Below are positions 1 to 13,949 of a stretch of 64,000 nt of DNA, piece after piece (position 1 is the first letter of the stretch; each line of letters begins with the position of its first letter). Location: NCBI GenBank assembly GCA_050084985.1, contig JBITNC010000001.1:20646001-20710000 (forward strand), in the 5' to 3' direction. A program made the position numbers and the translations under genes. Source of the stretch: Nageia nagi (lineage: Eukaryota > Plantae > Pinophyta). Under the pieces are notes generated by a model, which saw nothing but the letters and a program-made list of their open reading frames with translations, ran no database searches and was not told the DNA's origin.

Positions 1-3000
1 TATTAGAAATCCAATCAAAGTAATCAATTGGGTGAATAAACTTGGCTTCCAAAATTTTTTACAACTCCTCTTTTACCATTAAGATGATTGTATGATGCAT
101 TTTTCATAGTTTTTATTTAACCAGTTTTGAAACTTCTTTTATACCAAGGTTATGTACTACTAAATTAGGATCAAGCCAAGGCATATCAGCATATGACCAT
201 GTGAATATTTCCTATTTTTCCTTAAGTATTATAATGAACTCTTTTCTCTCATTTTTAGTAAGGGATTTTCCTAATTAAAGTATTTTAAGGCTATTATGTT
301 CATTACTTAAATTAATTTCTATGGTTTCTTCAATTAACATGTGAGGTCCCTCTTCTAATTGGTTGGGTATTGGAATCCAATTATTATCATTAGCATTATT
401 TTCCTCATCCTTAGCTTCATGCTAATCTTCCAAAGTAGTATTGATATTCAAGTTTGTAGTTTGTAAGATTGTATCTATGCCTTTGAAATCTTGGATTGTA
501 GGTTGTTCAAGAATTAACATAAAAATTGTAGTTTCTTTATCTACTAGAAAGAATGAAGAACTACTTGAATTTTCCTAACCTATCATCCCAAAATCATTAA
601 ACTCATCACTTTTGTACCAATCAAAGTTCATTTGAGGCATTATATTATCACATATTTCTACAATATCTACCATGATAATTGATATATCAAAGAATAACCC
701 TCCCAATAATAATGTTTCAAACTCTATGTCATCTTGGTTTGTCATCCACATAGGTACTTCAGATAAATTTTCATATATTGTAGGCTCAGTATCTAACTTA
801 GTTATCTTAAAACTGGATACTCCTTGATTTTTTCTCTTGTAACCTAATCCTATCTTATCACTAGTTAATTTATAATGAATGTAAATGGTGTGTTTAGGTC
901 CTTGTTCATACCATTTTAAACCTTTTACTTTCCAATGATACCTATCAAAGTATCTTTGGACAAATGATCTAATATATGGTGATAAGTATTCTAATGAATC
1001 ACAAAAATTACCTTCATTATAATGAGGTAAAGGATAGGTGGTTCTATAGGACCTTGATATACAAAAAGCATTTGATTAGGTAATTACCCCAGTGGTACTA
1101 ATTGTCCCACCAAATAAGGAGAATCTTTAGGTCTTTCTATTTCTTGAGTTGTAAGAATATTAAAAATGACATTGTTAATAGCAAATTCCCCTATTTTGTA
1201 ATCAATCAATTTTATGGTCATAAGATAAAAATCTAATGGTTTATATTTTATTGTACCATCATTATCTATTTTATTTACAAGACAATATGCTTTTGATGAT
1301 GAAGCTTTGTTTACTTCATCCAATTTTCATGCTCTTTCTTCCCATGTTTTCCTTTCTATGATTGTTAGTTTTATTTTTAGTAATAAATCTCTATTAGTAT
1401 TTGATGTATGAGGTATTTTAAGATTAATAAGATCTTTCCCCTTTAATAACTTAGATAATCACCTTCTTTATTGATATTTTCTATTAATACCTTTTCAAGA
1501 ACCATAGGTAGTGTAAAATAATGACTGGAAGGTAAAGTAGTCTCCCCTGAAACATGTGTTTGATTGCAATGGAGTATGGGTTTTCATCACTAAATACATA
1601 ATGTACTACCTAATCATGAATGTATTCCAATCAATTATGATATGTTGATAGGACACATTACATGTCTCTATCCATGGTCTTCCTAGGAGTAAGTTGTATT
1701 CTGTTATATCTTGACCTTGCAAACAGTTTGATTGCCTAATTTTAAAATCAAGGAAGGCAATAGTGGGTTTTTGGCTTGTTTTAATATTTCCCACAAAAGA
1801 CACAAAATTTTCAAGATCATTAACACCTAATTTGATTGTTTGCAATAATTAGTTCATAGCTTCTCTATGATTTTTGGATTGTTGTAATAACTCAAACAAG
1901 GAAATCTTCACTTATGAGTTTCTTAACTAATGTTGTAAATTTCCTTTTATTGAAACCCTAAAAAGTTGAGGTCTAGGTGTATTTGGTTGTATAATACCAT
2001 CATTTATTTGATTATTGGGAATATAAACTTGCCTTAATTATGCACTTTAGGCTCTTGTAGTTATGCTTACCATAGCAACAAAGGTAGAAGCATATTGAGA
2101 CCCTTTGTGTGTTACTTGATTTTGGTGTATTTGTGATGATACAATATTTTCTTGATGTTGAGAAAAAGGATTCTGATATATTCCTAGATTTTGATTATAG
2201 ATAGTCAATGGGTTGTCTACCTATAATCTTCCTTGATTAATCAAATCTTAAACCTTGTTTTGTAATGTTCTACATTTTCCTATAGTATGACTCTTTTGGA
2301 AATGATACTAACAATAATCATTCTCATTGTACCATTTGCTATCTCTTGTATCTAGCCTTTCAAGCTATATTTTAGGTAATATAATCATTTGATGGTCTAT
2401 TAAGTTTTTTAAAATAGCATACAAAGAATTATTCAAAGGAATAAACTTTCTACGGGGTGGCTTAGGCTTCATTTCTTCATTTTGTGAAGTATATGTATTT
2501 TGCAAAAGGTTTTATTCTCCATATTTAAGGTAAGAAACTTTATTAGTAGGCATTAGTTTTGTTGATTATTTAGCTTGATTTCTATTTCTAACATAAGATT
2601 ATTTCTTTTTACCCTTTAGTTCTCCATCCTAGATTTTTACATTTTCAATTACAATAGCTTGAGAGATTGCTTCCACAAATTTCTTGTGTTGTTGAATCAA
2701 TAGAGTACTAGTGATGGGTCTTAGACAACTTTGACTAAACATTTTCACTAGTTCTTCTTATGGTAAAGTATAAGATATGCTTGTCAAAATTATCCTTCAT
2801 CTTGAAATGAAGTTTTTAAAAATCAAAATTACCCTCCATTTTGTTTTTAATATTTATCCTAAAGTGCTATAAGAATAAATTATCCAATTGCACATATGTT
2901 GTGATGCTATGTTCTGTTAAGTTATTATACCAATTCATTGCTTTCCTAGCAAGTGTCATAGGAAAGATATGTAACATTAGATCATCATTGTTGTAAATTA

Positions 3001-5434
3001 CATAACTTGAATATTTAAATCATCTTAGATGTTCTTTAGGTTTATCCTTTCCTTTGAAAGATTCAATTTTTAGAATCTCAAATTTGAAAGGGATATCAAT
3101 CTTAGGAGCACTAGGGTGTATGGGCTCATTACAAATTATTTTGTAAGAGATTTTATGCTTGTTTTGTTGGAATAACATTTTCTCACTCTTTATTAACCTT
3201 TCATCAAATTAATTAGTTAGTTGTGTGGGAATAATAGGATTTTTATTATCCCTATTAACTTCCCTTTGTCCATTTTTTGAAAATGATTGATAACTTCTTT
3301 CAGACTGTGTTTGATCACCATAATAATTTTCATTATATGGTGGAGTACACAAGGGTGGTTGATGTGGAGGTAACTATCATTACCACTATTAATATAAAGG
3401 TGTAAGAGTATGATTCTTTTGAACTTCATGTCTAGAGTAAGGTAAAGGGGGTTTTTAAGGTTGTTATTGCTCATATAAAACCTCCCTTTTTCTAGGTAAG
3501 CAATGTGTTGATTTGTATGACCTTGGGGAGAAAAAGACCTTGCTCTAGGTGGCAATTTCCTATTATCTACTATTTTATAATTAGGCCTATTTTGAATCTA
3601 AGTTTGAACCTATTATTTGTGAGGTTTCCCTAAAGGTGTTTTACTTTGATATGCATAAAACACAAGTTGTGTTTACAAATATGGATCTCATCCTAATCTT
3701 CTAGGTTGGTTTAGTTTTTGTGTATTTGAATTGTAAAAAAAAATTATTTATCATTTTAAAGTTGCTCCTAATTTTTATTTGATCCAAATATGTATAATGG
3801 TCATTCTCCTACATTATACCTTAAAGGATCAAGATTTCTCATACATCTTTGTTCAGGGATCCTATGACTAGTTCTTGGGGTAGTATAAGTAAACTAAGAT
3901 TCACATAACTTGTAGTAGAAGAAGCATAACTAGTCCTAGGGGTAAGTGTATTAGTTTTTAAAATATAATAAGCATCATTATACACCCTAGCATGGCTTCT
4001 TGGTTCAAGTGCTAGAGTGGTTGTATGTATCAAAATTCTATCATCAAAATCATTCATCCTAAAGAGTATAATCATCTCATCTTATATAGGGTTGGACAAG
4101 ACATCCATATGATAGATAATACATAATGTGATCATATTTAAATTTTAAAATACCTTTTTGTAAAATGATATAAGCCAAATGCATTCATGATGGAGTAGTA
4201 GTCCTTGAGATGACTTATTCCTAATTACCTATTGGTGTTTTTTTTCCTAGATAAGTTAGATCTAAGGGAAGGCTGTGAGCATGAGAAGAATGAGGAATCC
4301 TTAATTGGGTTAAATGTTTTCTTAATTCATTTAAGGTATCTTCTATTTCTCAAGGAGTTCCTCTCCTCAATATTTGTCTACTAGATCTATGAGACCTATG
4401 ACTAGGTTGTTCCTCTTGGTAGATTTTGTTGTACAACTCTTATTATTGATGAGGCATTTGAGAATGAGTGTTAACCATTCTCTTTTGTTATTTTTTTTAG
4501 AACCCTACACCTTTTTATTTTTATTTTGGTTTTAATTTTTTGATTAGGTAAGGGAATGACAACATACATCATTCATAGCAACTATATTTTATTTTTGGCT
4601 TTTATATTATCGAGAAAAAGCAAATATATGCACAAAAAACCTATTTATAATTCACCTTTGTGATGTGGTTATCTTGTCTAATTTTTCTAATAAATTGAAT
4701 TTATTTTTTCTTCAATAAATGAAGTGAATGATTAATTTTATTTTTTGTTAATTTTCCTAGAATATTTTTTTCCTAGTCAAGTATTTAAAAAAAGGTAGGT
4801 TGGAATCTTATAGGTAATCTATGGTAAAGTATTAGCTTGGTACCTAAAATGGTCTGCTTAGTGCAATGGGGCTTGGGGAATACCATTAAAGACTATCTTG
4901 ATAGTGGGATCCAAGCATAGCCTCCTTGTTTACAGTCTCTCAACAAAAAGTGATAACTTTTATCCTAGAACCTAGTATTGATCTCCAAGTTTGGCTCTAT
5001 GGCTTATAGTGTGGTTGGTGGGTGCATAAGAAATATAGAATCAATGGTTGTTCATCACTTACAACTCATTAATGTTTATTTTTAAAAGGTCTTATGCATA
5101 TATATTAAAAATGAAAAAACTCATGATAACTATAACCCAACCCAACTTACATGTCCTTTGATTTATACTTTATTTAATATAAAAAAAGTATTTTAATTAA
5201 TTATTCTTGATCTAACCCATTAGATTCATTACCATTTTAGTGTGATTCTTTAACCAAAAATTAATGAGATTCATTTACTCATTTTGAGTGTAGAAGTAAT
5301 TAAGTGAAGTTCATTTACCACTTCTTACTATTCTTATATACCTTTGACTTCCTTTCAGAGAGGTAAAATAAGGTATATAAGAAGTCATTAAGTGAATTTA
5401 AATTACCTTAAATGAGATTATTTATCTTATCCTC

Positions 5435-5605
5435 AAATTACCATACTTCAACCCCCTTTCAGAGTGATGAGGTGGACCATGAAGAGAATTAATGTGAGAT
5501 AAATTTCTTTAGATTAGGTTTTTTTAACTCCTCTTTAAATTACCATCCTTTAACCCCCTTTTGGAGTGATGAGGTGGACCATGAAGAGTATTAATGTGAG
5601 GGAAA
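5435..5605. repeat. Direct repeat (~70 bp unit, ~102 bp spacing) in the 5' UTR of the Tat element
   Basis: AAATTACCAT...AACCCCCTTT..GAGTGATGAGGTGGACCATGAAGAG..TTAATGTGAG occurs at ~5435 and ~5537. Confidence 0.8.
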
Positions 5606-6144
5606 AATACCCACCTAATAAGTTAACCAATTTAATATGTTTAAATTTGTCTTAACCTTGATAAACTAACCTTATGTTTATTTCATTTTGAAATGAGATT
5701 TAGTTCCTCCTTCTAAGTGTGAAAGTGACTTACTAAAAGTTCATTATCGATTTTAGTGATAAAAAGTGAAAAAAGGAAAAAAGGGGTTCATTTAATCCTT
5801 TCCTATTGCATCCATTTTGATCACCTAAGATCACCTTTTAGTACAAAGCAAGAGCATAGGTGGGTGTAATGGAAAGTATTAAGTTATTTTATTTGTCATT
5901 TACAAATCACATAGATAAATAATTCATATAACTTATTTAAATAAAGAAAATGTATAATGCATATTCCTTAATCATGCATCTACCCTTCCTACATGCAATC
6001 TAGGCAAAAGGAATTACAAACAAGGGGTTCTTTTCCATTTTTTTATTTTTAATGCCTAAGTTATGCTTTTAGCATTCATGAAATTTGAAACTTATACCTT
6101 CTATTTTGAGTTGATTATGTTATCAAATTTTCACATAGAGTCCC

Positions 6145-6275
6145 TAGTGATCCAGTATAAATCACTAGAATTTTAGACAAATTGCTAGCATTCCAATACA
6201 AATCGTTGGCATTTAATACAAATCACTAGCATTTCATTTCAAATTGCTAGCACCTGATGAAGATTGCTAGTGATC
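6145..6275. repeat. ~21-bp degenerate tandem array (AAATC/TA/GCTAGCATT...)
   Basis: About 6 consecutive units, e.g. aaatcactagaattttagac, aaattgctagcattccaatac, aaatcactagcatttcatttc. Confidence 0.7.
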
Positions 6276-6420
6276 ACATAGATAGAAAATATAGAATAAT
6301 AAATAAAAAATAGTGCAAGACATATTAATGATTCCACAAACATAAAAGACAAAAAATAAAATATAAATAGTAAGAAATACCTCCTACACCTCATTTTCAA
6401 TGTATCCTATGTGTGACGGA

Positions 6421-6436
6421 CCTCCTTCTAGTGCCA
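6421..6436 (-). promoter_or_regulatory. Primer binding site complementary to tRNA-Asn
   Basis: Plus-strand CCTCCTTCTAGTGCCA matches the plant cytosolic tRNA-Asn 3' end as I recall it (CCTCCTTCTAGCGCCA), with one CG>TG change. It is 3 nt from the LTR end. Confidence 0.75.
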
Positions 6437-6439
6437 AAA

Positions 6440-7278
6440 TGTTTACTCAAAAAATAAACCTGCAAGGATGCAACAAAAAAAAAATTTACAACCAAAAAAA
6501 ACTCTTTATTGATCTCTAAATAAACCTTAATTTTGATGACAAGTTGCCTTGCAATAGAGGGATTCAATACAATGTGTAATATAGGCCTCTTGGAGGCCTT
6601 CCTTTGTTGATGTTTTCAAGCTCTATATACTATATAATTGCACTTGCATCAAGAATAATTTTGGTTTCTTATTTATTACTAACTCATTTTCTTCTCTTTA
6701 GTTTGACCACTTGCTAGCCTTATAATCCTATACATACATAGACCAACAACCAATCTAACATACTTGCTCATGATCTAAGATTATAATAAATAAATATGAA
6801 ATAAACATTCATATAATAAAAAATAGTAAATTGAAATGTACTTAGCAATGTGGATATAATTCAACAATGCAAGGTTGCATTTTATTTTCTCACACCCCCT
6901 TTTTCTCTATGGGAAGGGTCTTATTTATAGATTTTCTAAGGTGGTATTTGTTGCTATTTTGGAAGGCAAGATTGGATGAAAAAATCTCATCTAACCTTGT
7001 CATGAATTATATCCATGCAAGGAAAATGTAGGATCAAGGATGACTCATCCTTGATCTATTAGGTTGTTTCCATGGGTGCCTAAGTTTTCTATTTTTTTTT
7101 CTATTTTCTATTTTCAAGATCATTAGTGATTATCTATTAGGATCTAATGATTAGGTATGATCACCAATGACTGTACTAGATCACCAACAATTAGGAGACT
7201 TTGGCAAACTTTATTATTTGCCTAAAATTTTATTCACTTCTTCATTTATCAAAAGAGTGATAATTTTAGGTGTCTACA
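6440..7278 (-). repeat. 5' LTR of the left Tat-type element
   Basis: The minus strand starts TGTAGACACCTAAAATT at 7278 and ends ...GAGTAAACA at 6440. A TATA-like CTATAAATAAG lies at ~6920-6930, and the PBS follows directly. Confidence 0.8.
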
Positions 7279-10200
7279 TGAATGCTCAACAAGAAGACTA
7301 TCAAAAACAAGTATCCCATTCCTAGACTAGATGATCTTATTCATGAGTTCCATGGTGCTAGATATTTATCAAAAATTTATTTAAGGTTAGAATATCATTA
7401 GATAAGGATGAAGGAGAAGGATATTCATAAAATTACATTTAGATGCCATTATGGATATTTTGAGTTTTTAGTTATGCTATTTGGACTAAATAATGAACTA
7501 GCCACATTGTAATTAACTATAAATCAAGTTTTTAGGGAATAGCAAAGGAAGTTTGTGTTATTTTTCTTTGATGATATATTGGTGTATAGTAAAACATGGA
7601 AGGAGCACCTCCAACACTTGGATCACATTTTGAGCATATTGTAGGATCAAAAATTCTATGCTAAAAAATCTAAATGTGAGTTTGGCATGACTAAAATTTT
7701 GTATTTGGGTCATGTAATCAACCATGAGGGAGTTAGGATGGATGAGCAAAAAAATATAGTAATTCAAGATTGGATGGTACCCACTACCTTGATATAATTG
7801 AAAGGGTTTTTAGGGTCATGCAATTACTACAGGGGGTTCATACATGGTTTGTCATACTTGGCTTCCCCTTTGACATAATTGAATAAGAAGGATGCATTTG
7901 TATGGTGTGAGGATGCTCAAGATGCTTTTGAGACTCTAAAAAAGGTTATTTATTCTTGGCCTTGCTTAGTTATTCTTGATTTTTTAGTCCTTTTTACTAT
8001 TTAGTGTAATGCATCTAAACTTGATGTTGAGGTTGTACTTATGCAAAAAGGATAATCAATAACATTTGAAAGCAAAAAATTAACTAATGCATACCAAAAT
8101 TTAGTGTGTATGATAAAGAAATGTTGGCCATTATGCATGCATTGGAGAGATTTAGGCAATATCTAGTTTGTGGTCCTTTCATCATCAAAAGTGACCATAA
8201 TAGCCTAAAATACTTTCATCTAATCAGATTTGAGTGAGAAGCAATAAATTTTGGTAAGTAAGCTTCAACATTTCAATTTTGAAATTCATTATCTCAAAGG
8301 AAAAAAGAATATTGATACTAATATATTATCTAGGATCCTTGTTTTTGCTCTCTTTTATTTTTGTTGATTGGAAAATAAATATCATGGTTGAATATGTGAA
8401 ATATGAATATGCTCAAGGAATTTTAGATGGGACTATTAAAAATGATAGATACACATTTGGGAGGGGCTAATTTTGAAAAATAACAAACTTTTCTTGACCC
8501 TTAGCTTAAAAATGAAGGAAAAGGTGCTCCATGCTTTGCATAATATCCCCCTTGCAGATCATCCAAGGATCATGAAAACATATAGAGCAATAAGGGAGAT
8601 CTTAGCATGTAGAGGGCTGAAACAAGACATTTGTAGACACATCTAAGAATTTATGTAATGTTAAGAAGATACAAAGGAGAATTTAAGGTCGACAAGACAA
8701 CATCAACCATTACACATTCCACAATAGAAGTGGGAAGATATCTTTATGGATTTCATTACAGGTATTCCAAAAGTGCAAGGTAAAGATTTTATTTTTGTAT
8801 TATTGGATAGGATCACTAAGTTTGCCTATTTATTTTCCATTAATATCACATATACAAGAGTATAGTTGGGTGATTTTTTCTTGAAATAAATATTTAGATT
8901 GCATGGGTTACCAAAAAGAATTGTAAGTGATAGGGATAACAAATTTACAAGCATGTTTTGGTAATAACATTTTTAGTTAAGTGGCACTAATTTGGCCACA
9001 AGCACTAGCTATCATCCATAAATTTATGAGCAAACCAAAATTGTAAAAAAATAGATAGAAGGGTATTTATGGTACTATGTAGTAGGGAAATAGTAAATGT
9101 GGGTCAAATGGCTTCAAATTTGGGAGTATTGTTACAACTCTATGCATCAATTATCTATAGGAATATCTCTTTTCAAATCTTTGTATGGTTATGATGCTTC
9201 TAACTTCACCAATTTGGTTTTTGATGAAGGGAAATCCATAAAAGCTAAATATTTTTTACAAGAAAACCAAGACATCATGAAGGATCTAAAGGAGAACTTA
9301 TAAATGGATAAAAATTGTTAAAAGAAATATGTTGATCAAAGGATGACTAATAAAATCATTGAAGTAGGAGTGGTTATGTATTTGAGGTTGCAACCATTTA
9401 GGTAATCCTTCATCAAGAAGATAACAGTAAAAAAACTATAATCTAGATTCTTTGTTACATACAAAATCTTGTAGAAGGTTGGAGAAGATACATATGAACT
9501 ATAGCTATGCAAGGAGAGGAAGATTTATGACACCTTTCATGTCCCACCCATTAATAAGGCTATAGGAAAGTAAGACACATCATTGAATATACTCTCATCA
9601 CTTGATGAAGAGAGACAACTAGTTTTGATTCCATAAAGTGTGTTCAAGATTGGAATGAAGAAGTTGAGACCAAGGTAGAATCAAGAATACTTGATCAAGT
9701 GGAAGGACTTGCCTAATGAAGATTCTACATGTGAAGGAGGTGATATATAAGTACATCCATCATTGAATTGCTTGATGATAAGTAATTTCAAGGATTTGTA
9801 ACATCCCTTCCTTGTAAAAAATAATTACTTTAAGAATCCTAAGGATTCCCTTTGTATTAATATTTATTTATTCATGTATTTGTTGTTAGTTTCCTAGGAT
9901 ATAATTATAAATATCAATTGGACCCACTTTATGAGCCCCATGAGGGACATTTTCCTCCCAATCTAGCATGTGTTATTTTCTTTTTCATTTAATACACTTG
10001 AAGATCCTAAAGATGATTATGGGATTCCCAAGGATTGTATAGCATCTAGATGATATTTGAGCTTGTATATATACCAATTTATCCTAATTTAGAATTGGAA
10101 GCACTTGTACACATGTACTAACTTTAAGGAGGCTCCTAGACCACCATGTTGGCCCATGATCACTCATAGACACCTACTTATGCAATTTAGATCCATAGTG

Positions 10201-11202
10201 GCTCATTATAACTCCAAGATACCTATGCATACATTCTAGGATCCCCATGTGGCATGGATGACTCCCAAGCACCCACATTGAGGATGAGGATCCACATTGA
10301 GCATGTGAAGATTCCAAATACTCATGTTGGGCCTTGTTTGATCCCTAGGAACCTTCCTTGGTCTTTGTTGGGCTTTTAGGAAGCCAACATTGGATTAGGA
10401 AGGAGGGGTGATGAATTTGATGTGAAATTCAGATCCAATGATGAGATACATAATGATAAGAAGCCTCATTATAGAGATAGACTTGATTTTATATATAAAC
10501 CATTCTCTTCAGAGTTCCAAATATTTGGAAAAGTTAAGCACCCTTGAGCATAATGTACAAAGAGATTCCAAGAGGCATAGAACACCTTAAATCTTATGGT
10601 TTAGATGACTATTCATGTGAGTGAGGCTTCCCTACCTTAAGGCATCCATAAGTGGTCTATACCTTTGAATGCATCAGGTGGATTTTTAATCATATTTATT
10701 CTCTTCATCAGGAGCTAGCCTATGAGGGAGCCCTTTAGTGAGGTATCCATAGATCTAGTAGGAGCTGATTATTCTACATCAGTTAATCTTATTATTTTGT
10801 ATATCATAGTTGGCTCCTTGGAGGCCAATGTTAAGCCCTTTGGGCTAGTTTGGTATTATAATCATCATTATATTATTAATTTAATCCATAATACATTTGG
10901 ATCTCAATATTTATATCATTTTGTGATGTTCATGCTTCTATATTTATAACGTTGATACATGCATGTATGGTGCAATATCATCATTCTTGGATGTATTTTG
11001 CATAGTGTATGATCATCAAAGTATGATAGTGGGGAATAAGGGTTGAAAATAGCTAGAGAGGTGCATCATTTGGCTTCTTAGTTTGTTATTTTGTATGTTT
11101 GATATCATAGTGTAGTTCATGGAATGCCTTAGAGCATTTTATGATTTTATTTTTGCATTGACATAGATAATTTTTGCACAAGAATATTTTTTGAATATTA
11201 CA
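7279..11202 (+). mobile_element. Degenerate chromovirus Ty3/Gypsy, 3' half (RT-RNaseH-integrase-chromodomain plus 3' LTR)
   Basis: [18 protein letters not shown] from ~7284; FFFDDILVYS (YxDD region) at ~7560; WEDIFMDFITGIP integrase at ~8730; chromodomain EYLIKWKDLPNEDST at ~9685. The LTR begins TGTAACATCC at 9797 and probably ends GAATATTACA at 11202 (imperfect terminal inverted repeat). Confidence 0.9.
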
Positions 11203-11830
11203 CTTATATATACTAAACTTGATGTTACTTTTGTTATGAATCTTGTTTTTAGGTTCATGGTAAAACCTTATGATACTTATATAATAGAAATAAAAATAGT
11301 ACTTTGATATGTTAAAGGTACTAAATTATGGTATTCATTATATGATAATAACATGTTAAAGTTAATTAAATTGTTTATTCTAGTTAGGTCACTTTGGTAG
11401 ATGATTGAAAATCAACATTGAGATATTATTTAAATATGCAAAGTGGTGTTATAACCATGGAGTTAATAGAAGAACCATACTATTTCTTTTCTACAATAGA
11501 AATAGAGTATATAGCAACAATCTTAACATATTTTCATGTTATTTAGTTATAAATAATATTAAAATAATTATAGTAACTGAGTTCTATCATTATTATATAT
11601 TGTGATGATAATAGTACTATTCACATAGTGAAGAATATTATCCATCACATCATAATAAAACTTATATAAATTATAATTTTTTTCATTAGAGATTTGATTC
11701 AACAATGATCATTGGAATTATAATATTATGAAATGGAGAATTAATTGATGAATATTTTTACAAAAGTTATTCTTAGGTATATGTTTATTTCATTATGATT
11801 GTAGCTAAGAATTAGTCTCTTTTGAATTAA
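11203..11830 (+). mobile_element. Highly degenerate Ty1/Copia RT C-terminus and RNaseH remnant
   Basis: Remnants of YTRPDIAFAVNLVSRFM, LRYVKGT.NYGI, DRKSTSGY, YCDNxSTIHIVKN and NIFTK motifs. Confidence 0.75.
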
Positions 11831-12389
11831 TGTTATATATAATGGTCATTTAAAATATTTTAACATGTAATTTAAAATTAAAAAAAAAAATATTGATAGA
11901 ATAAAAAAAGTCATAAGTTATGATATACATGAAAAAATTGCAAGTGAAAATCATAGATAAATTATATTAAATTTATCCTTTGATGATTTAATTATGAATA
12001 ATATATTTTTAGAAGTTATAATTTATCAAAAAATCTACAAAAATATTATAAGAAAGATATTCCCCAAGGGAAAAACATGTTGTTAAATGTTTTGATTAAT
12101 CTTTGAGAGGTCTTAGTGTCAAATCTTATTGGTTGTTTTATTACATTGTGGTGGGGCTACAATTTGGCCACAATCAAGTTAAATTTTCTACTGGAAGCCA
12201 TGAGGGTGTTCCTAGAATAATGTAGCTCATAATCAATCATTAAAAAATAAAATATTATAATAAATATAAAATAATTAAAAAATGATATATCACATTTTAA
12301 AAGGATTTGTTTTCAAATACAGTATCTACACCTATCGCAATCGATAGGGTTTAAGTTATGAACAACTTATGTAAGGAATGGAAATTAAA

Positions 12390-12779
12390 TGTTAGGATCC
12401 CATATCCTAACATTTAATTAAATTAAATTTGTTAATTAATTAGGTTATTATCTTATATTAAAATGTAATATGTACAGACATAGTTGTAAGATGAATCACC
12501 ATTTTGTATTAAACATCCAATTAGGTTTATGGTAGGCAGACTATAAATATATGTAGGAGAAGTATAGCCAATATATTGGAAAATATATTATTTTAGTTGT
12601 AAGGAAATATCCCCCTCATGTATTGTGATTCATTTTGCTATTAGTAAATCTTCTCTATTCCTATCTTTCTTCTATTCTGATTCAGATTGCTCTTTTGTTA
12701 TTTTTTTTATATTTGTATTAGCTTATGTTTCTCTATGATTTGAATCAAATCCCATTTATAATCTTGTGTGTTCCTAACA
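12390..12779 (+). repeat. LTR (~390 bp) followed by a degenerate tRNA-Met PBS
   Basis: Begins TGTTAGGA and ends TCCTAACA (8-bp terminal inverted repeat). CTATAAATA at 12541. TGGTATTAAA at 12782 resembles TGGTATCAGAGC. Confidence 0.7.
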
Positions 12780-13949
12780 TTTGGTATTAAATATATAATT
12801 TTGTTACCTATGGGAAAATTATAGAATTTGGTTTCTCCAATCCCAACTAAAACACTATCAAAATCTTTCCAAATTTTGAATTTGGATCGAGTGGGAAGTT
12901 TAGAAATTTTCCATATCTAGTCAAAAAATTACCTAATTTATTTTAGAACTCTAATATCACATTGAGTTGCAAAATTAGAAATTACATATTTTACTATTAA
13001 AACTATGCTAAAATTTTCTCTAAAATTTGCACTTTTTCCCATCCATAGTTCACGATCCTTTTCCACATTGTAGCATTTCTCTATCAGGCCATTTTTGCCA
13101 TTTATTTTATCATCATGTATTGACCTTCAAGATGGAATTAGCTACCTATTATGACATAACTAAACCTTCCATCCTAAGGGATTCATTAGGTTCTAGTCCT
13201 AGTGAGTACCATCATTCAAGCCTAATTTGATTTACTTTTATTATTTTTTCCTATCATTGATTTTCTTAAGAGTTTGAAAAGGAAAATTATTGTCTAAAAA
13301 ATGTTTTAAGTTCAAAATCAAGTCTTATCGAGTAACACTCTCTTTCATTAGGTAAGAGAAAAGCTTATTGGATAAGGATTACCTTCATTTAATAAGCTCC
13401 CTTATCATTGGATAGGCCCTGGTGTTATTACTTTTATTCAATCAGGTAAGACTTAGCATGGTTAGGTAAGTAAGTAACCTATTAGGAAAGAATGCATATT
13501 ATCTAATAAGGTCACTTACTATTAGGTATGATGATGTTGGTCAAATAGTTATTTTCTTAGTTGGATAACTCTTTTATTGTTTGAATAGTTCTTTATTTTA
13601 TCAGGCAAGGTATGTTCTCATCAAAGGAAGGATATGACTATTGAATAATATTGGTTTTCCTAAATAAATTTAATCAAAATTGAATAAGGCTTTTAATTGG
13701 GGAAATAAATGGTCATTTTGAAAAATGATACCCTTGTCACATCATTTGAAGAACTACACATTGGGTAAATATTTAATACATTAGGTAAACCATCAAGTGA
13801 TCTAATAAAGGAATCTTGAATTATGTGAAGGTTTACTAAGTGTCTCTCAATATTAGGGCCTCATTGAAAGCTATTTCATGAACCCTAGAAGCTAGAAGAA
13901 TTGTGTTACTATGATATCGATTATGTTTGAATGTATCTGTTTGAATCAA

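Larger units (their letters stand above)
1..7278 (-). mobile_element. Degenerate Ty3/Gypsy Tat-type LTR retrotransposon, 5' half (5' LTR, PBS, gag, protease, G-patch, start of RT); continues beyond the left edge
   Basis: Minus-strand remnants: MVNTHSQ start at ~4478; gag FEILKIESFKGKDKPKEHLR at ~3020-3090; CHHC-like YC*YHFQKSHTIGKC at ~2270-2330; protease YNLLLGRPWI (ORF 1606-1845); G-patch-like KGLKWYEQG...GLGY at ~840-940; pre-RT EIFTWSYADMPWLDP at ~170-215. Many stops and frameshifts. Confidence 0.9.

Noticed and set aside
6421-6436. tRNA-like sequences here and at 48318
   Set aside because: Only 3'-end complements next to LTRs, so they are primer binding sites, not tRNA genes.
12390-12412. 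9-bp hairpin TGTTAGGAT-N5-ATCCTAACA
   Set aside because: It is part of the LTR terminus and too short to call an ncRNA or MITE.
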